NCBI RefSeq assembly: GCF_036321535.1
Contig: NC_087436.1
Span: 76,758,001 to 76,822,000, forward strand
DNA: 64,000 bases
Source: Camelus dromedarius
Lineage: Eukaryota
Direction of reading: 5' to 3'
The position numbers and the translations under genes were made by a program. Of this stretch, positions 38,171-51,895 are shown in pieces. Positions within the stretch are counted from its first letter, which is position 1; each line of letters opens with the position of its first letter. Under the pieces are notes generated by a model. The model saw only the letters and a program-made list of their open reading frames with translations. It ran no database searches and had not been told where the DNA came from.

Positions 38171-41100
38171 ATGGGTAATAAATAAGGTTTGAATTTTACA
38201 AATATATTTTATACAAAGGAGTCAGTTGTTCCTTCCAAACTGTCTATTGAATCTATGGCAAAAAAGTATGATTTAAACATTTAGCCTTTGGAAGTAAAAT
38301 AATTATAAATGTTTTTCTTCAATTTTGTAAAGATCAACTTTGTAAAGTAGCTTTCAGTCTTTAGTTCCTCTACTCCTATGAGTATGGTAATTTGACACGT
38401 TTATTTTTCACGGAGGAAGGCAAATCTGAAAAGGCTAGGCTGTGAAGAGAAAAAATTCAGAGACACCAGGGAATCTCACAAATTTTAGGAAATTCCCTTC
38501 TCTGAAAACTCTGGATATTGAAAAACAACAAGGTCAAATGATGTTCATTTTTCAATGAAAATTGGCTAAATCTGGGCCAAATGTTTGCAAATGTGGGCAT
38601 GTAAAGAGGATGCGGCCCCTGCAGGAAGGCTTTGTCCTACCAGGAGCAGTAGGGAAGTCTAAAAACCAAGGACATTACCAAAGAAGACAAAAAGATAAGT
38701 GAAGTTCTAAAAAGAAACAGGGAGTTCTGTGCAGGGCACATAGTGACTCACCAGAGTTAAGTGATTTCTACAAAGGAAAAAAAAATGATTAAACACTTTT
38801 TAAAGTATTTTAATGACCTGAATTAAGGGGTGGGAATACAGATGACTACTGTTCACAGAAAGAACCATTCATACCTTTTTGATAAGGCTTACTTAGATGT
38901 TTTTACCTTTTTTTTAATTACAGTTTTAGAATAGGTTTTCAATTTCAAGTGGACCCTGCTGAGTCATTAAAACGTATCTGTATCTTTCAGTGTGATCAGT
39001 GGTACTAGCATGTTCTTTATGAGGTTGTTAAAATTGTTTTAAACACCATTAAACCTTTAGAGCTAGATAGTTGGCTTTCTTTCCAGAGAAATGACCTTCT
39101 CTTTTCAAATCACAGTGTCTTCACCTAGATAAACTAAAACTTTACAAATCTTTAGATATAGCTAAATTGAACTAAAAACAACCAGAACCAAGATACATCT
39201 CTTGGAGTTGTTGTCTCAATTTTAAGGGAAAAAAACAAAAACAAAAGAAGATACATGGTTAAATAAGCATAGGAATGTCATAACTCAAAGAAGACATTCG
39301 GAGTAGAAATATAAGTAGATAAAATGTAGATTCATTTGGAAATTATAGATTTTTTAACTTAGATTTTAACTAGCCCCAATGTCATGGTGGATATCATAGA
39401 GCTAATGTAATTGTATTCTTTCTCCAAGTCTCACCGGCACCGTATTCTCAGATAAAGAACACAAAGATCGTTGAACTAGAGTTCTGACCCAATGTGGCAT
39501 TTCTAGGGACTCAACTATCAAAGGACTAAACTTATAATATAGTTGTTGAGGTCAAAGGAAATGCAGTAAATAAATCCCTGAGTGTTACTTCATGAAGCAG
39601 CTGTTTCATCATCACCACCATCACCACGAAACAATACAACTCCTCTCAATCTCAAGGTCAAAAACTAAGAAACATTTTATAGAGCTCTCCTAAAACTCTT
39701 AAAAACAATTAAATATATATACACACTTTTATGTATACATTTTAATATTTTAGTTTGACCACACTGATAGTCAAAAAGGATAAAAGAAGAAGAACAGATT
39801 GTTAAAGGCAGCCTTAACAGAATTAATATATCTGACTTTTTACCATGAAAGAAGAGTGCAAGCTTGATAGCTAAAATTTTCCAATTCTACTTGGCTTTTT
39901 CAATGATAAACAATGAAATTCCATAATTTCCAGAGCATATTTGGATGGCTGGGAGGTTGTATCATAAAAGGAGCAATTTCAGAATTGAGAAAAGAAACAA
40001 AAACAGTTTCACGCTGAATTGGCAGAAACACACATTTGAAGTCATTAGGTATTGTGGATCAGTTGTGCTAACAGCTGTTATTAACATCAGCTCAGTTCCA
40101 GCTTTCTGCAAATTGCCATTACCACAGTGTTTAAATATTTAATGTAAAGGAGAAGTAAGAAAAAAAATTCTATGTAAAATTCCTATACTGGCTTAAAATA
40201 ACATTAGTTACGAAGATTTATTCTTTAATTCAAATGTACAGGTAATTTCTAAAATTCCATTTACTTTCCCCAAGTTTAAGGTATTTTGTAAAGGAAAACA
40301 CTTTCCAGGTTTAAACAGGCATGGTTTTAAAACAAATTATGTTTTCTATTTTTCCTCTCCAAGTTTAAATAAGTTCATGTTTGAGAAAGTCTCATGATGC
40401 TTAATTCTCAGTTTATTTTTATTGTGTATTTTTCTGCATCGTGTTTCCCCTTTGTGATGCCCATATTTACTTTTCACTTTTTCCTTCACTTTCATTCTCA
40501 TTTCCATCTCATTGATGGAGCACTCCATAAAATGTAGCCAACATTATCTATGACTAAAATGGATGCCAACTTATTAATAGTGAGTCCTTTTCATAAATTT
40601 TCTTCAGCTGAAAAGGAAAGGCAATGTAATTTCATATTAATTAAAAGTCAACAAATAAAAACACAAACAAATACATTCCAATTAAATTTAAATAAAATTC
40701 AGTTACATCTAAAATTAAAAATAAGAGTCAATAACTCTTACCACTTGAAATGTGAGTTACTCAAGAATGTTCATGAGCCCTTGGCTTTCCTGCACATATT
40801 CCAATAATATTCCTTCTAAGTCAGGACCCATTTATGAGCTCATACATATGCTTTCATTTTCTGTAGAAAAAAGTTCTCAATCTTTGGAAGACTGGAATCT
40901 TGGAGTAACAAAAATCTGCCACAGTTCTTAGTGTTTTGAGCAAGAACTAATATATCTGAATCTCACTGTCACGTGGTATTTTGTATGTGTGGCTTTCAAA
41001 ATGGAATTAAGTTTATTATTCTGAATATAAATCAGCACAAGCTCACTGTCAAATAAGTTGGGAACAGGGAACTCTAGAACACAAACTGAAAATCACTCCA

Positions 41101-42622
41101 TCAAGGGAAAGCTACTAACACGTTGTGCTATTTCCTGTCAAACTCTTTTTCCCCTTGCATACATCTTTTTACACACACATTTTGGAACGAGACTAAATAA
41201 ACTAAAAATAAGCTGTGACAGATCATATTTAGATATTCATATGTAACAATTTTATACAAGTGTGACTTTTTTTTTTTATACCTCCAATCCACTCTTTCCC
41301 CAACCCTCCAAGCCTAGAATGACACAACAAAGGCAAATGGAAGGAAAATGACCCTCCATCTGTGTCAAGCAACAAGAGCTAGCCTAGCCATGTTCTCTTG
41401 TACTGTGTGGTGTTCTCAATTACTCATGGGCAAACACATGCGCAATCTTCTCCAAAAGACAAATTTAATAGGTTCTAGCGCCCACCTTTTCCATGGCTTA
41501 TTGGCAATGAGATACCTGTCTCAGAGAATATTTCAGCAATAAAGTGGCAAGCTCTTAGGCAAATGTGCATTATTTTAAGATCTAATGTGGTCAAGAAAAT
41601 AAGAACCACTATCGGATGACTTCTTTAGCCACTCTGGTAATGATAACCATGTTAAGAAAGTCTGGGCTTCTTCTGAAGAATACTGAAATGTATTCTGCAA
41701 ATGGGAAACTCTCCTTGGGAATCTGAATTTTACTGAAATGTATAAAAAGGGAAAATTGCAACAGTTGTGAGGTTGTTAATTAGCTTATTGATTTTTTCTG
41801 GCAGTAATGGGACAAAGCTGATATGACAGTAAGGAGACATGTGCAATGATTGCAAAACATAAAAACTCCTTCTTATCAAGAAGCAAAATTAAAGAATAAC
41901 TAATAAGGAAATGCCAGGATTTGTGTTTAATAATACAGTCAATATTTCAATGAGAAAATTCCTCCAGTTGCTCCTTGGGGTGGGATGCTGGCCTGTCTAT
42001 CTTGTTGTCAAGGGCTTAGGGCTGGCAGTGATTCCTTATTATTAATTAATGCATCACTTTGAAAAATATTTCTGTGGTGGTAAAAATTTGATTTTTAAGA
42101 TATAATATTTAAGTTCAATTTTAATTCACACTGAGTCTAAAAATTCAATATGTTCTATAAATGATATTTAATATTAATTATGATCATTCATAAGAGATAA
42201 CTATAAGCTGTAAAAAAAAAGCTTTAAATGTACTTCCTCAATATTTGTGATAAGCTCATGGACATACTATTTTGACATTTTTCTCCTCAAACAACTGTTG
42301 GATCTTCTCAAAGACAAGCATTGTTGTAACTTTAAGTAGCTCGCTTCTTCATACTGGATGTTCTCGGCAATAATTTTTTCCAAAATAGTCAGAAAAACCC
42401 TAACTTTGTTTTGCCCTTTAGAATTCAGACATCTCATCAATGCAGTTCTTTGACTAATAAAGTCAGTTCTTCTTGAATAATTTTGAAATGGCTAGGATTA
42501 TTCCAGAGAAATAAAACTTGTCCAAATAAAAAGTGTTAAGTAAAACTGGATATTAGGATATTGAATTGTGAACAGTAGAGTTGCCATGGCTTAATAATTC
42601 TAGAAATACATAGTCCAGATTA

Positions 42623-42748
<126 letters not shown>

Positions 42749-43598
42749 CTATGTAGATACAAGTTTTTAAAACTGGGTTGAAATAATTTCTTAAAATATT
42801 GCTTAGAACTGGCTCACATTTAAACATTTTTCAAAATAATGCCATTGATACAGAAGAAATGTAATAAAAAATATATAGCACGTGTGGGCAAATTTACGCT
42901 TACATGCATACATCTCAGGTGAAGTGCTATGGAATATTGGGACTCCTTCCACTCCACAATTTGAGAAATCTACCTTATTTTGCTAGGTTATCAGAAGTTT
43001 ACTCCTTAACTATGAGCATCATTTGTCTTTTACAGATCTATTCATCATTTCATGTTTTAAAAGATAAAAAGACATAAAATTAGGACCACATTTCAGTAAT
43101 CACTTCAAGCCTCAATGTATGTGTAAATTTGAATTCTGAGAAATTTGTACTAAAAAGATAGGTAGTTGAGAAGCTTTCAAAATGTGCAATGCCGTATTTC
43201 ACGTTGCCAACACAATTTTGCCTAATGGTAATAAAAAGTAACAATCGTTTTGGAGAAAGTAATAATATCTAAACTGCCAGCTTGGATCTTCCAACGTTTT
43301 GTAAATAAAATAAGTGATGTCAGAACTACTGATATATTGCTATAAAAAGTAAATTAAATCTCTATGTACTATTGATCCTGATGGCCAGTCTATGTTCATC
43401 AATATGTGAAGGTCCCATTCCTCTAGCATGTGAGAGAAATCATAAGAAGATAAAAAATAACAAATGATTTTCAAAAATGCAAAAGTCAATACAGAGGTAT
43501 CACAGTTATCTAATAATAATGTCATTGATCAAACTGGGGGATAATATCCAAATACAGGAAAAAAAACCATCCACATCACTCATTAGGCACTCATTTAC

Positions 43599-43643
43599 CT
43601 CTTGTGGTGCAGATGGTGGTGGTGGAGGAGGATCTTTTATAAC
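43599..43643 (-). CDS. ANTXR2: ANTXR2 exon 13 (45 nt): proline-rich juxtamembrane segment
   Basis: T16-gtacag|GTT ATA AAA GAT CCT ... CAA GAG|gtaaat; encodes VIKDPPPPPPSAPQE. Confidence 0.97.
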
Positions 43644-44659
43644 CTGTACAAAAAAAAAAAAAAAATCAAATGTAAAACCTTCAGTAGTATGTAGGGAAGA
43701 GACAGTAAGAATGTGTAAAAAATAATTAGGTTAGTAAAAACATGACATAATTTTCTTCACATAGATCACTTTTAGCATTCAAATTTTAGTTTAGATCAAA
43801 ATCTCAGGGAAAAATACACAGATGGTAATTACAACTACATAGATATACATGGACCATAATTTAATATAACTGAATCTCAAACTCACTCATTCCTGTAGCA
43901 TTCAAACTTTTGATATAAGAAATGCTGTTATTTCTCTGTAATCCTCTTACTTAATTCAATTTTCTTTTATCAATAAACATACAATTCCAGTTCTTTTTCA
44001 AAATTTTGAAGGATAGAAATTTGTGAATTTTTATAGTCAGCCCAGAAATAAATGCCAGGGGAGGATTAAGATTCAAAATAGTATTACAGTAAAATGAAAT
44101 AAAGGTGATTAAGCTACAGGTGCATTTCCTTTATAAAAAGGAAGCATTCATATCATTATCAACCCACATGTCCAAAAGCAATCCATGAAAACCAGATCTA
44201 TCAATATTTCACACTCAACAGGGTCAAAACCATGCTAGTCATCTGCATTTAAAAGCCAACTCTTCTTCCTGTCTTCCCTGTTTCTTTCAAGTAAATCACT
44301 TTCTTTAAAGTCTTAGAATTGTCTCATAATCTATAATTTCTTCTCACTTTTAAATGACTTCACCCAATCATTTATGCTGTCCAAAGATTCTTTGACATAA
44401 TCCCCCCACTCCCCCTGCTCTGTCTCCTATCTTTTCCTCTCCTCTTCTGCCCACCAAGAATTCCCCCAATTTTCTCAATGCAGTTCAGACTCCCTCAATA
44501 TGCACAGATGCCTGTTTGTTCTCCCCTACCATGGATCACAACTGATCATTTTATCTAACTCCAAAAATCTGTAACTCCTGTGAGGATGTGTTTTATGTCT
44601 GCTTTGCTCCTCAGTGTATCCAGTAAAGTGTCTAACACAAAATAGATCTTCTATTTTGT

Positions 44660-44812
44660 AAGGAAGAAGAAAGGGAGGGAAAAAGGGAAGTTAGGAAGAG
44701 AGGAAAAGGTGGAAGGTGGGAAAGAAAAAAAGATGGAGAAAGGATAAAGCGAGGAAGGAAGGAAGGAAGGAAGAGAGGGAGGAGGGAAGGAAGATCAAGG
44801 AGAGAAGGAAGG
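44660..44812. repeat. GA-rich low-complexity tract
   Basis: Nearly pure purine with ggaa units. Confidence 0.85.
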
Positions 44813-44929
44813 ACTCTGAATTCCACTCTCACTATCACTACCTAAAATCATAAACTTAAGATTCTCTGGATTTTAAAAATATCTAGTACAATATTTTTCA
44901 ACTTTCCCAACACACATTCAACCAAAACT

Positions 44930-45126
44930 TCAATATTCTGAAAAATTCCCACCTAGATGTAGTCCAACTATGTTTGAATTCCTGCAATAAAGAGAAATTC
45001 ACTACTTCACAAAGTAATTCATTCCACTGGCAAGAAACTCACATCACTTGAAAAATTTTCCCCCAAATGAAGCCAAAGCCTCCCTCTCTGTAGTTTCCAC
45101 TTTTTAGTCCCAATCCTAGAATGTGG

Positions 45127-45167
<41 letters not shown>

Positions 45168-45400
45168 ACTGTTTTTTCTTTCAGAAGAGAGCAGGTCCTA
45201 TTTTTGAATACTGGGATAATAACCATGTATCTATTGAGCCTACTCGCCCGGAAGCTAAACATCATAACCATTTTTTATATAATGGCCTGAATTGTTGGGT
45301 CATCTCGATCAGTTTCTTTAGCATAGCATACATTCATTTGATCAACATCTCAAACAGCGGTTTCCAGAACTAATCCTGGCATTTTAAGCACAGCTAAGCC
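44930..45400 (-). mobile_element. L3/CR1 LINE fragment interrupted by (CA)n at ~45129-45164
   Basis: tttgaattcctgcaa..tcactacttcacaa..cattccactg..gccaaagcctccctctctgtagtttccac. Confidence 0.6.
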
Positions 45401-48400
45401 AGTAGAATTAGATGAATGGTGCTCAGGCAAAATGGCTGCACCCTCAGAGGTCCCCACCTTCATTCTATGCATTTTAACTCATAACATAGTGATAACATTA
45501 ATTGATTATCATAGCATACCAGTTATAATTAACATAGTTTTCTTTTTTTGGCATCAATGTCTACATGCTTTACTGGTAGTTAAGTTAGACATCTAGCATA
45601 TTTCTCTATCTCTACCCCAACCTTCATTTTAGCCTATGTAGCCAGGTCAATATTCTTCCTAACAGAAGCTTGACTGATTACTTCTCTAGTCAAAATGGAC
45701 CAATTGTTCCAGTGACAACCGAAATCAAAGAATTAACAGAATTTTGGGAAAAACCATACAAATCATGCTTCCACTCACTTTTGCAAATTACCATAAAGTG
45801 CTCTCTAGAGTTCTCTCACTAGACAAAGGCCAAGGGACATCCTTTATTCCACTAAGTCTGAGTATAATGTATTGGAACTCATTTTCATTTCCTTGTGAGG
45901 GTTTCAAATTTACCCTACTTATTACCTGAGGACTTAAATAGTATTCCCAACCCTGTTCGACACTATATTCTCCTGAGAATTACTGAACATCGCCTTTCAT
46001 GACACTTTCTTTTTTACGTCGTATTTGTCATGCTCATTATCCTGCATAACACTGAGTTTGAGCACTGATATACGCAAATTGAATTTCAATTTAGAATCCT
46101 CCTATGACCATTGCTGATGAACTCACAACAGAATGATGAGAGGCATCTTTGCATTCTTTCTCTTTATCAAAGACCCTTATTATCACAAGCCACAACCTGG
46201 AAAAGGAAAGGTCCTTTTTCAGTACATCTACAGGAGCCACCTCTTGTATTCTCATTGTTCAAATGCCTTAGTGTGGTACAGTTCTGCCTTAATGTTCTAT
46301 CTACAAACATCCCTGTATATGCTCCTTTACTCCAAGCTGACAGAAGATGTTACCCCAAATAAAATGGTCATTTCCATGTTAAGTCCATCCAGCCTTCACA
46401 GAGTAGTCTACCAACTTTCTATCACTTTATCTAGAAGCTTTAAAACTTCTAAAAATATGCATTGCTGCACAGTTGAACCATTCATGCTTCATTAACTTAG
46501 GTTTATATGTTTATTTTGGAACTTTTCAATTACCCCTCAAATGTGTAGATTTTTTAAGGGCAATAATCATTATTCCCTCTTTATAAATATCACAGTGCCT
46601 AATAAAGTGCTCTGCAAACAACAGACACTAAAAATAAGATTGAAAGTGAGCTAAAGGAATTAGCTGAGAATGTTCACAAAGGCTCACAGCCAACCTCTAA
46701 ATTTATAAGGAAAATACTAAGAAAAAAAGCTATAAATGATAACCAATAAAGATTTCCATGAAACTAAAATATTTCTAGGTCCAAAAAACCCAAAATATCA
46801 AGTTTCTTCTTTAACCAATAAAGTCAGAGAGCTAATGAACTCAAAGGCAAATGTGAACTCACAGGCAAATAGGAAAACATAAGACCAGACTAAGTTTCTT
46901 CACCTGGGAAATAAACCTGATTCACTGTAGGTCCTTTCCAAAATGAAAATTCTAATAGATTGATACAACAAAATACATATCACAATATTTCCACTAGGTT
47001 CTTTTCTTCTGTGCCTTTACATAATTAAATAGGGCATATGTCTACATGTATTTGTATTCACCTTATTCCAGAAAAGAACATTAGGGTTTATTTTTCCAAT
47101 AATGTGTAATTAATCTTATGTATGACTAAATGCGTGACTTATTATAAATTTAAATTGATTTTTAAATCTTGGCAACTATATTTTCTATGTTGTTAACAAT
47201 GAAAACAGAACCTTAAAACTCTACATAAATCAAATTTTGATCTAGTAGATTAAGAGACACAACCACCACCACAACAAATAACAGAACCTAAAGAAACTGA
47301 AGTAGAGCTGAGGTTCACCTGTGTGCTGTTAATACCATCAACAATAACCACCCTTTATTGGTGCTGACATACGCCACACACTCTATTTTCTCTCATTTTC
47401 ATAATAATCCTGTGTGCTTATCTCCATTCTAAATATAAGAGGGAGGCTCTAACTTTAGTAACCTGTCCAAGGATACACAAAGAGAAAACACTAGAATTAA
47501 GATGCAAACCCAAGACCCAGGCCCATCTACCACCAAACTCTGAGTTCAACTTCTTTTGCCACATGACATTCTTTTAAATTAAGGTTTGGATCACAAAGGG
47601 ACAGGGTGCAAGAGAAAAGGCTTAAGACTTGTTGAGTAGTTTGTTACTTGCTGGGATGGATGGATGGATAGATAGATATAAACAGATAGCAATAGTTGAA
47701 TATTTATAGTAACTCTGTGAGATAGATGCTGTCATCCCCACTTTATAAGGACATAATATACATACACCGATTCATACACCCAACATCCATGCCCTAGAAG
47801 TGTTGGAACAGGAAATAAATTGTGTGTGTGTGTGACATTTCAAAATGCTCCTTCTCTGCAATCTACCATACAGCCTTGTAAGTAACAAAGGAGGCTGAAA
47901 ATAATCTGAAGCCATTCAGCCCAAAAGCCAAAAATGGCAAAAATCAGTGTCCACTGATATCCCTATGTTTCAGTAAAACTAGTGCAGGAGAAAAGGAAAC
48001 CTGACTGTTGGCCCAAATACATTAAAAATAACAGTCATGAGAATCCCATTCTTGTATTAAATAGTGCAAGAACACATTCCTCTCAGAAAAGGATGTATTC
48101 ATATGCACCATATTTTATGAGAATTTGCAGATTTTAAAAGGCATAATATTGCCTAGTTGCCAGGATTTTTTCCACTTAGCATCCTTCAGCTCTGTATTGA
48201 AGATTCTGGAAAACACTTTCACCACTTTATGAACCATATGCAGAGTTTGAGTCTTCTCCAATTTTTTTTTCATTTGTTATTATCATCATCAGGGAGGACT
48301 ACATCTCATCTCCTTAGCTGCTAGAATGAAGATTTCAGTTTGGAGGAGAGCCGATTTCTTCAAAAAAAAAAAAAAAAAAAAAGCCGCTTCAGGCAACAGT

Positions 48401-50412
48401 CCTTTTGATCTGCTCATTAACACTTTTCAAATGTTCGAGTGATGTGGGCATTCTTTGCGCTAGAAAATGTCAGCACAGGAGCCTGCAGCCAGCTTGATGC
48501 AATCATATGTTCCGATATTCAGAAAAGAGTGAAAAGAACTGTCAACAGTGAACTGCCTTGGATTTAAAAAAGGAAGATACTGTACAACGACTGTAGATCA
48601 AGTAGTATTTCAGGACTGATTCTTGCCAGTGACAAAAACAAATGCCCAATTTATGAGCAATGTCATCTTACTGCCTGAGAGCCCAGAGACCCATAAGAAA
48701 TCATTCTTAGTGTTTACAAAAATTTATTTAAAATATATGTGGGACTTCCTTTCATTCTTCCTTTCTTTTTGATAAGATAAGACAGCAAGTGTAGTGCTTT
48801 CTTCTGAAGGGCATAAACACAAAGTTTTCTGACATTAGTATTTGGGAAGTCCTTTTCTGAACCCCACAAAGGTAGATGCTTTCAACTTTCAGACCAAGAT
48901 ATGATCAGGCTTATCTCATCCTCCCTTTCCTTTCCTCCTTGACAGACTCATCAGTGTTCAAAGAGTCTACTTTGAACAAATAAATAACTTGTGGGAAGTC
49001 TAGACAATAAGCATAATGTAAAGTGCCAAATGAGGACTGGGAAGAACAGTGTGAGAGTGTATTCTCCTGGAGTTAAGTAAAGGTGCTGCTGTCAAAGCAG
49101 ATAAAACAAGACCAGAAGAGTTTGAAACCCTGTTTTGTAAATGGTGCTCTGTTAGAAAACATCACCATGGAAGCAATGAGTACTAACACCACACTCTATT
49201 TCAAGGAGGCAACCAAACATAAATCACTTTAATTAATGGTGCAAGGAAGGCATATTAAAATTTAAATTACTTCTGTTTTATTGTGCATTCCAAAAAAAAG
49301 AAACAAATCAGGCTGCTCTCAAAGTAACTCAATAAAGGCACCAAGAGCCCTCCTCAACAATAAAAAACAAGTGCAATGTAGAAGCATTATTACTATTTAG
49401 AAAGAATAGCACAGCTGTTGCTGGCTAAGAAAATGATTCTATACAGCTCCAGTCAGACAGATCCTCATCACAAAAGCTCAACTTACTTATAAGCAAAGTG
49501 GGCTTCAAAAAGATAACTTTAAAAAATTTTTTTTTAATTAAGATTTATGAGATCTTTATGTAATGTCTTAAAATGAACTAAGGAAAAATGAGCTTGCAAT
49601 TTTGCCTTGCGGATGGAGAACTTTGGCCAAGGACACTAGAGCAAAGTGAACACTTATCATCTCCAGCATATTCAGATATTTATTTGCAGCTGTATAACAC
49701 GCTCTAATTGACAACACTACAGAAAGCCTTTGTTTGCCACCTCATTAGCCTTACATCTGTAATTCTGCAGAGTGTCTGGTTGCTCCAAATGATGCAACTA
49801 TAGGGCTGTCAGTTCTGCCATCTTGACAGTAAAACAAATCTGCTATAAACTCAACATATCTTCTAAGCTAAACCATGATGAAAACATCCATAGTTTCTGA
49901 TATCTTACACATGATTCAATATATGATTTTTTTAACCTCTCCTGGCCCCTTTTCTAATTTAAGGAAAAAGGAAGGATATTGTTGATGTCTTTGTTATAGA
50001 AAAGCAGTTGTAAAGGATGGATGGTTGTAAAGGATACTCAATGCACAGGATACAGACTCTTAAACAGATGGTGAGAAATAACTTCATACAAAAATGAGAA
50101 CTTTTCCCCTTATGCAATAGTTTGCAAACTCAACACCCTCTGTAATTCACTAATGGTAGTGCCTAAGACTTCCAGCTTCGCATAAGAGTTCTTTTATTAT
50201 TATTACTAGATAAAGTCCTCCAAATATCATTGGTTTGGATTCTATTTGTCATGGAAAGCCCAGGCACACAGAAGACACAATTTTGCAACATTTTAAATGA
50301 TATCATCTCTCTCTTTTATCCTTGAAAATACTCATTAAAATGAACTGAAAGATTTAAATTTTTAAAAATAGTCTCATATTAAAAGCATCTTAGATGGCCA
50401 TATATTCTATTA

Positions 50413-50665
50413 CAGGAGTTTCCCTAACTTTTTATATTCTATGCCCCTCTTTGGCAATCTGGTGAATCTATGAATCCCTGCCCAGAGTAATGAAGCTATA
50501 TTAAAATACACAGGATTTAGAGGAACCCAATTGTATTGAAATATAATAATCAAATCTGTTTAAAAAAAAAAGAAACCAAATCTGTGACTCAAAAATATAT
50601 ATGCTTCTTTATTAATTCAATAATTATAATGAAACATAATAGTAGGCCTAGAAACTATCATAATT
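50413..50665 (+). mobile_element. hAT-Charlie DNA transposon (MER119-like), interrupted by an L1 fragment
   Basis: cagg..ccctctttggcaatctggtgaa.ctatg..aaaatacacaggatt..aattgtattgaaata; resumes as ttgaagtagtgat near 51015. Confidence 0.6.
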
Positions 50666-51008
50666 TTTGAAGTATAGTTGATTTACAATGTTACATTAGT
50701 TTTAGGTGTGCAGCATAGTGATTCAATATTTTTATACCACACACAGTTACTGCACTATTCTTGACTATTTTCTCTATGCTGTACTTTATATCCCCATGTC
50801 TAATTTATTTTAGAACTTGCAGTTTGTACCTCTTAATCCCCTTCACTTATTTCACCCATCTTTCTACTCCCCTCGCCTCTGACAACCACTGGTTTGTTCT
50901 CTGTATCTATGAGTCTGTTTCTGCTTTGTTATATTTGCTCTTTTGTTTTGTTTTTTACATTCCACATAAAAGTGAAAACATGCAGTATTTCTATTTCTCT
51001 GTCTGACA
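50666..51008 (-). mobile_element. L1 3'UTR fragment nested in the hAT element
   Basis: ttgaagtatagttgatttacaatg..cagcatagtgattca..aaccactggtttgttctctgtatctatgagtctg; approximate TSD cat.attttgaagta. Confidence 0.88.
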
Positions 51009-51510
51009 TCATTTTGAAGTAGTGATATGTATCTGAATATGAATGGGATTGTACTGACCTCTTCTAGCAAATAACAAGCACTCTGAGAAAATAATACAGA
51101 ATGCCTGGGTCTTTGCCGTCAATAGGTTCTAATAACGTATGCACCTTGGATACTCCTAAAAATTAGAAACCTGTTTCTTCTACAAAACCCTTGCCACTCT
51201 GAAACAGTAAGTAAATTCTACTCAATGTATAAAGCAATATGCATATGCATATTTACAGTTACTCAAAACAAAACAGAATGGTAATTCTACTTTTAAAGAA
51301 TGCGTATTGTTTTTAATCACTGTGGAACCACTACAAACAATTTTTTTCCACTGCAAACATTTTGAAGACTATTTCATTATCTCCCATCTTACAACCTCCT
51401 GTACTCCACGAACAATCTTTGTAATGAGCTGATTTGAAAACTAGTTGCCAAAATCAATAGCCCTAAGCAGTGATTCCCAACCCTGGAGAATATCAGAATC
51501 ATTTAGGGAA

Positions 51511-51895
51511 TGTACCTGTTTCTTACTGCTGTTGTAACAAATTATCACAAACTGAGTGGGTTAAAACAACAGAAATTAATTTTCTTGCAGTTCTGGATGC
51601 CAGGAGTCCAAAATGAGTTTTACAAGGCTAAAAATAGGTGTGAGTAGAACTGGTTCCTTCTGCAGTCTCCAGGGGTGTATCTGTTCCTGGCCCTTCCAGC
51701 TTCTGGTGACTGACCACAATCCCTGCCTAGTAGCTGCATCACTCTAATTTCTGCCTCCATGGTCACATTGCCTTCTCCCCTTCTGGAATCTAATCTCCTC
51801 TGCCTCCCTCTTATAAGCACACTTATGACAGCATTTGGAGCCCGCCTAGATCATCCTGGATAATAACCCTATTCCAAGATTCTTAATCATATCCA
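51511..51895 (-). mobile_element. MLT1-family (ERVL-MaLR) solo LTR
   Basis: tgctgttgtaacaaattatcacaaact.agtgg.ttaaaacaacagaaatt..cttccagcttctggtg..ctgcctccatggtcaca. Confidence 0.88.

Noticed and set aside
46836..46870. 17-bp direct repeat tgaactca(a/c)aggcaaat x2 (similarly gttgtaaaggat x2 at 50007-50035)
   Set aside because: Only two copies with no spacer array; ordinary local duplication, not CRISPR-like
48345..48390. A21 tract flanked by agccg as a micro retro-insertion
   Set aside because: A 5-bp flanking match is too short to call a TSD
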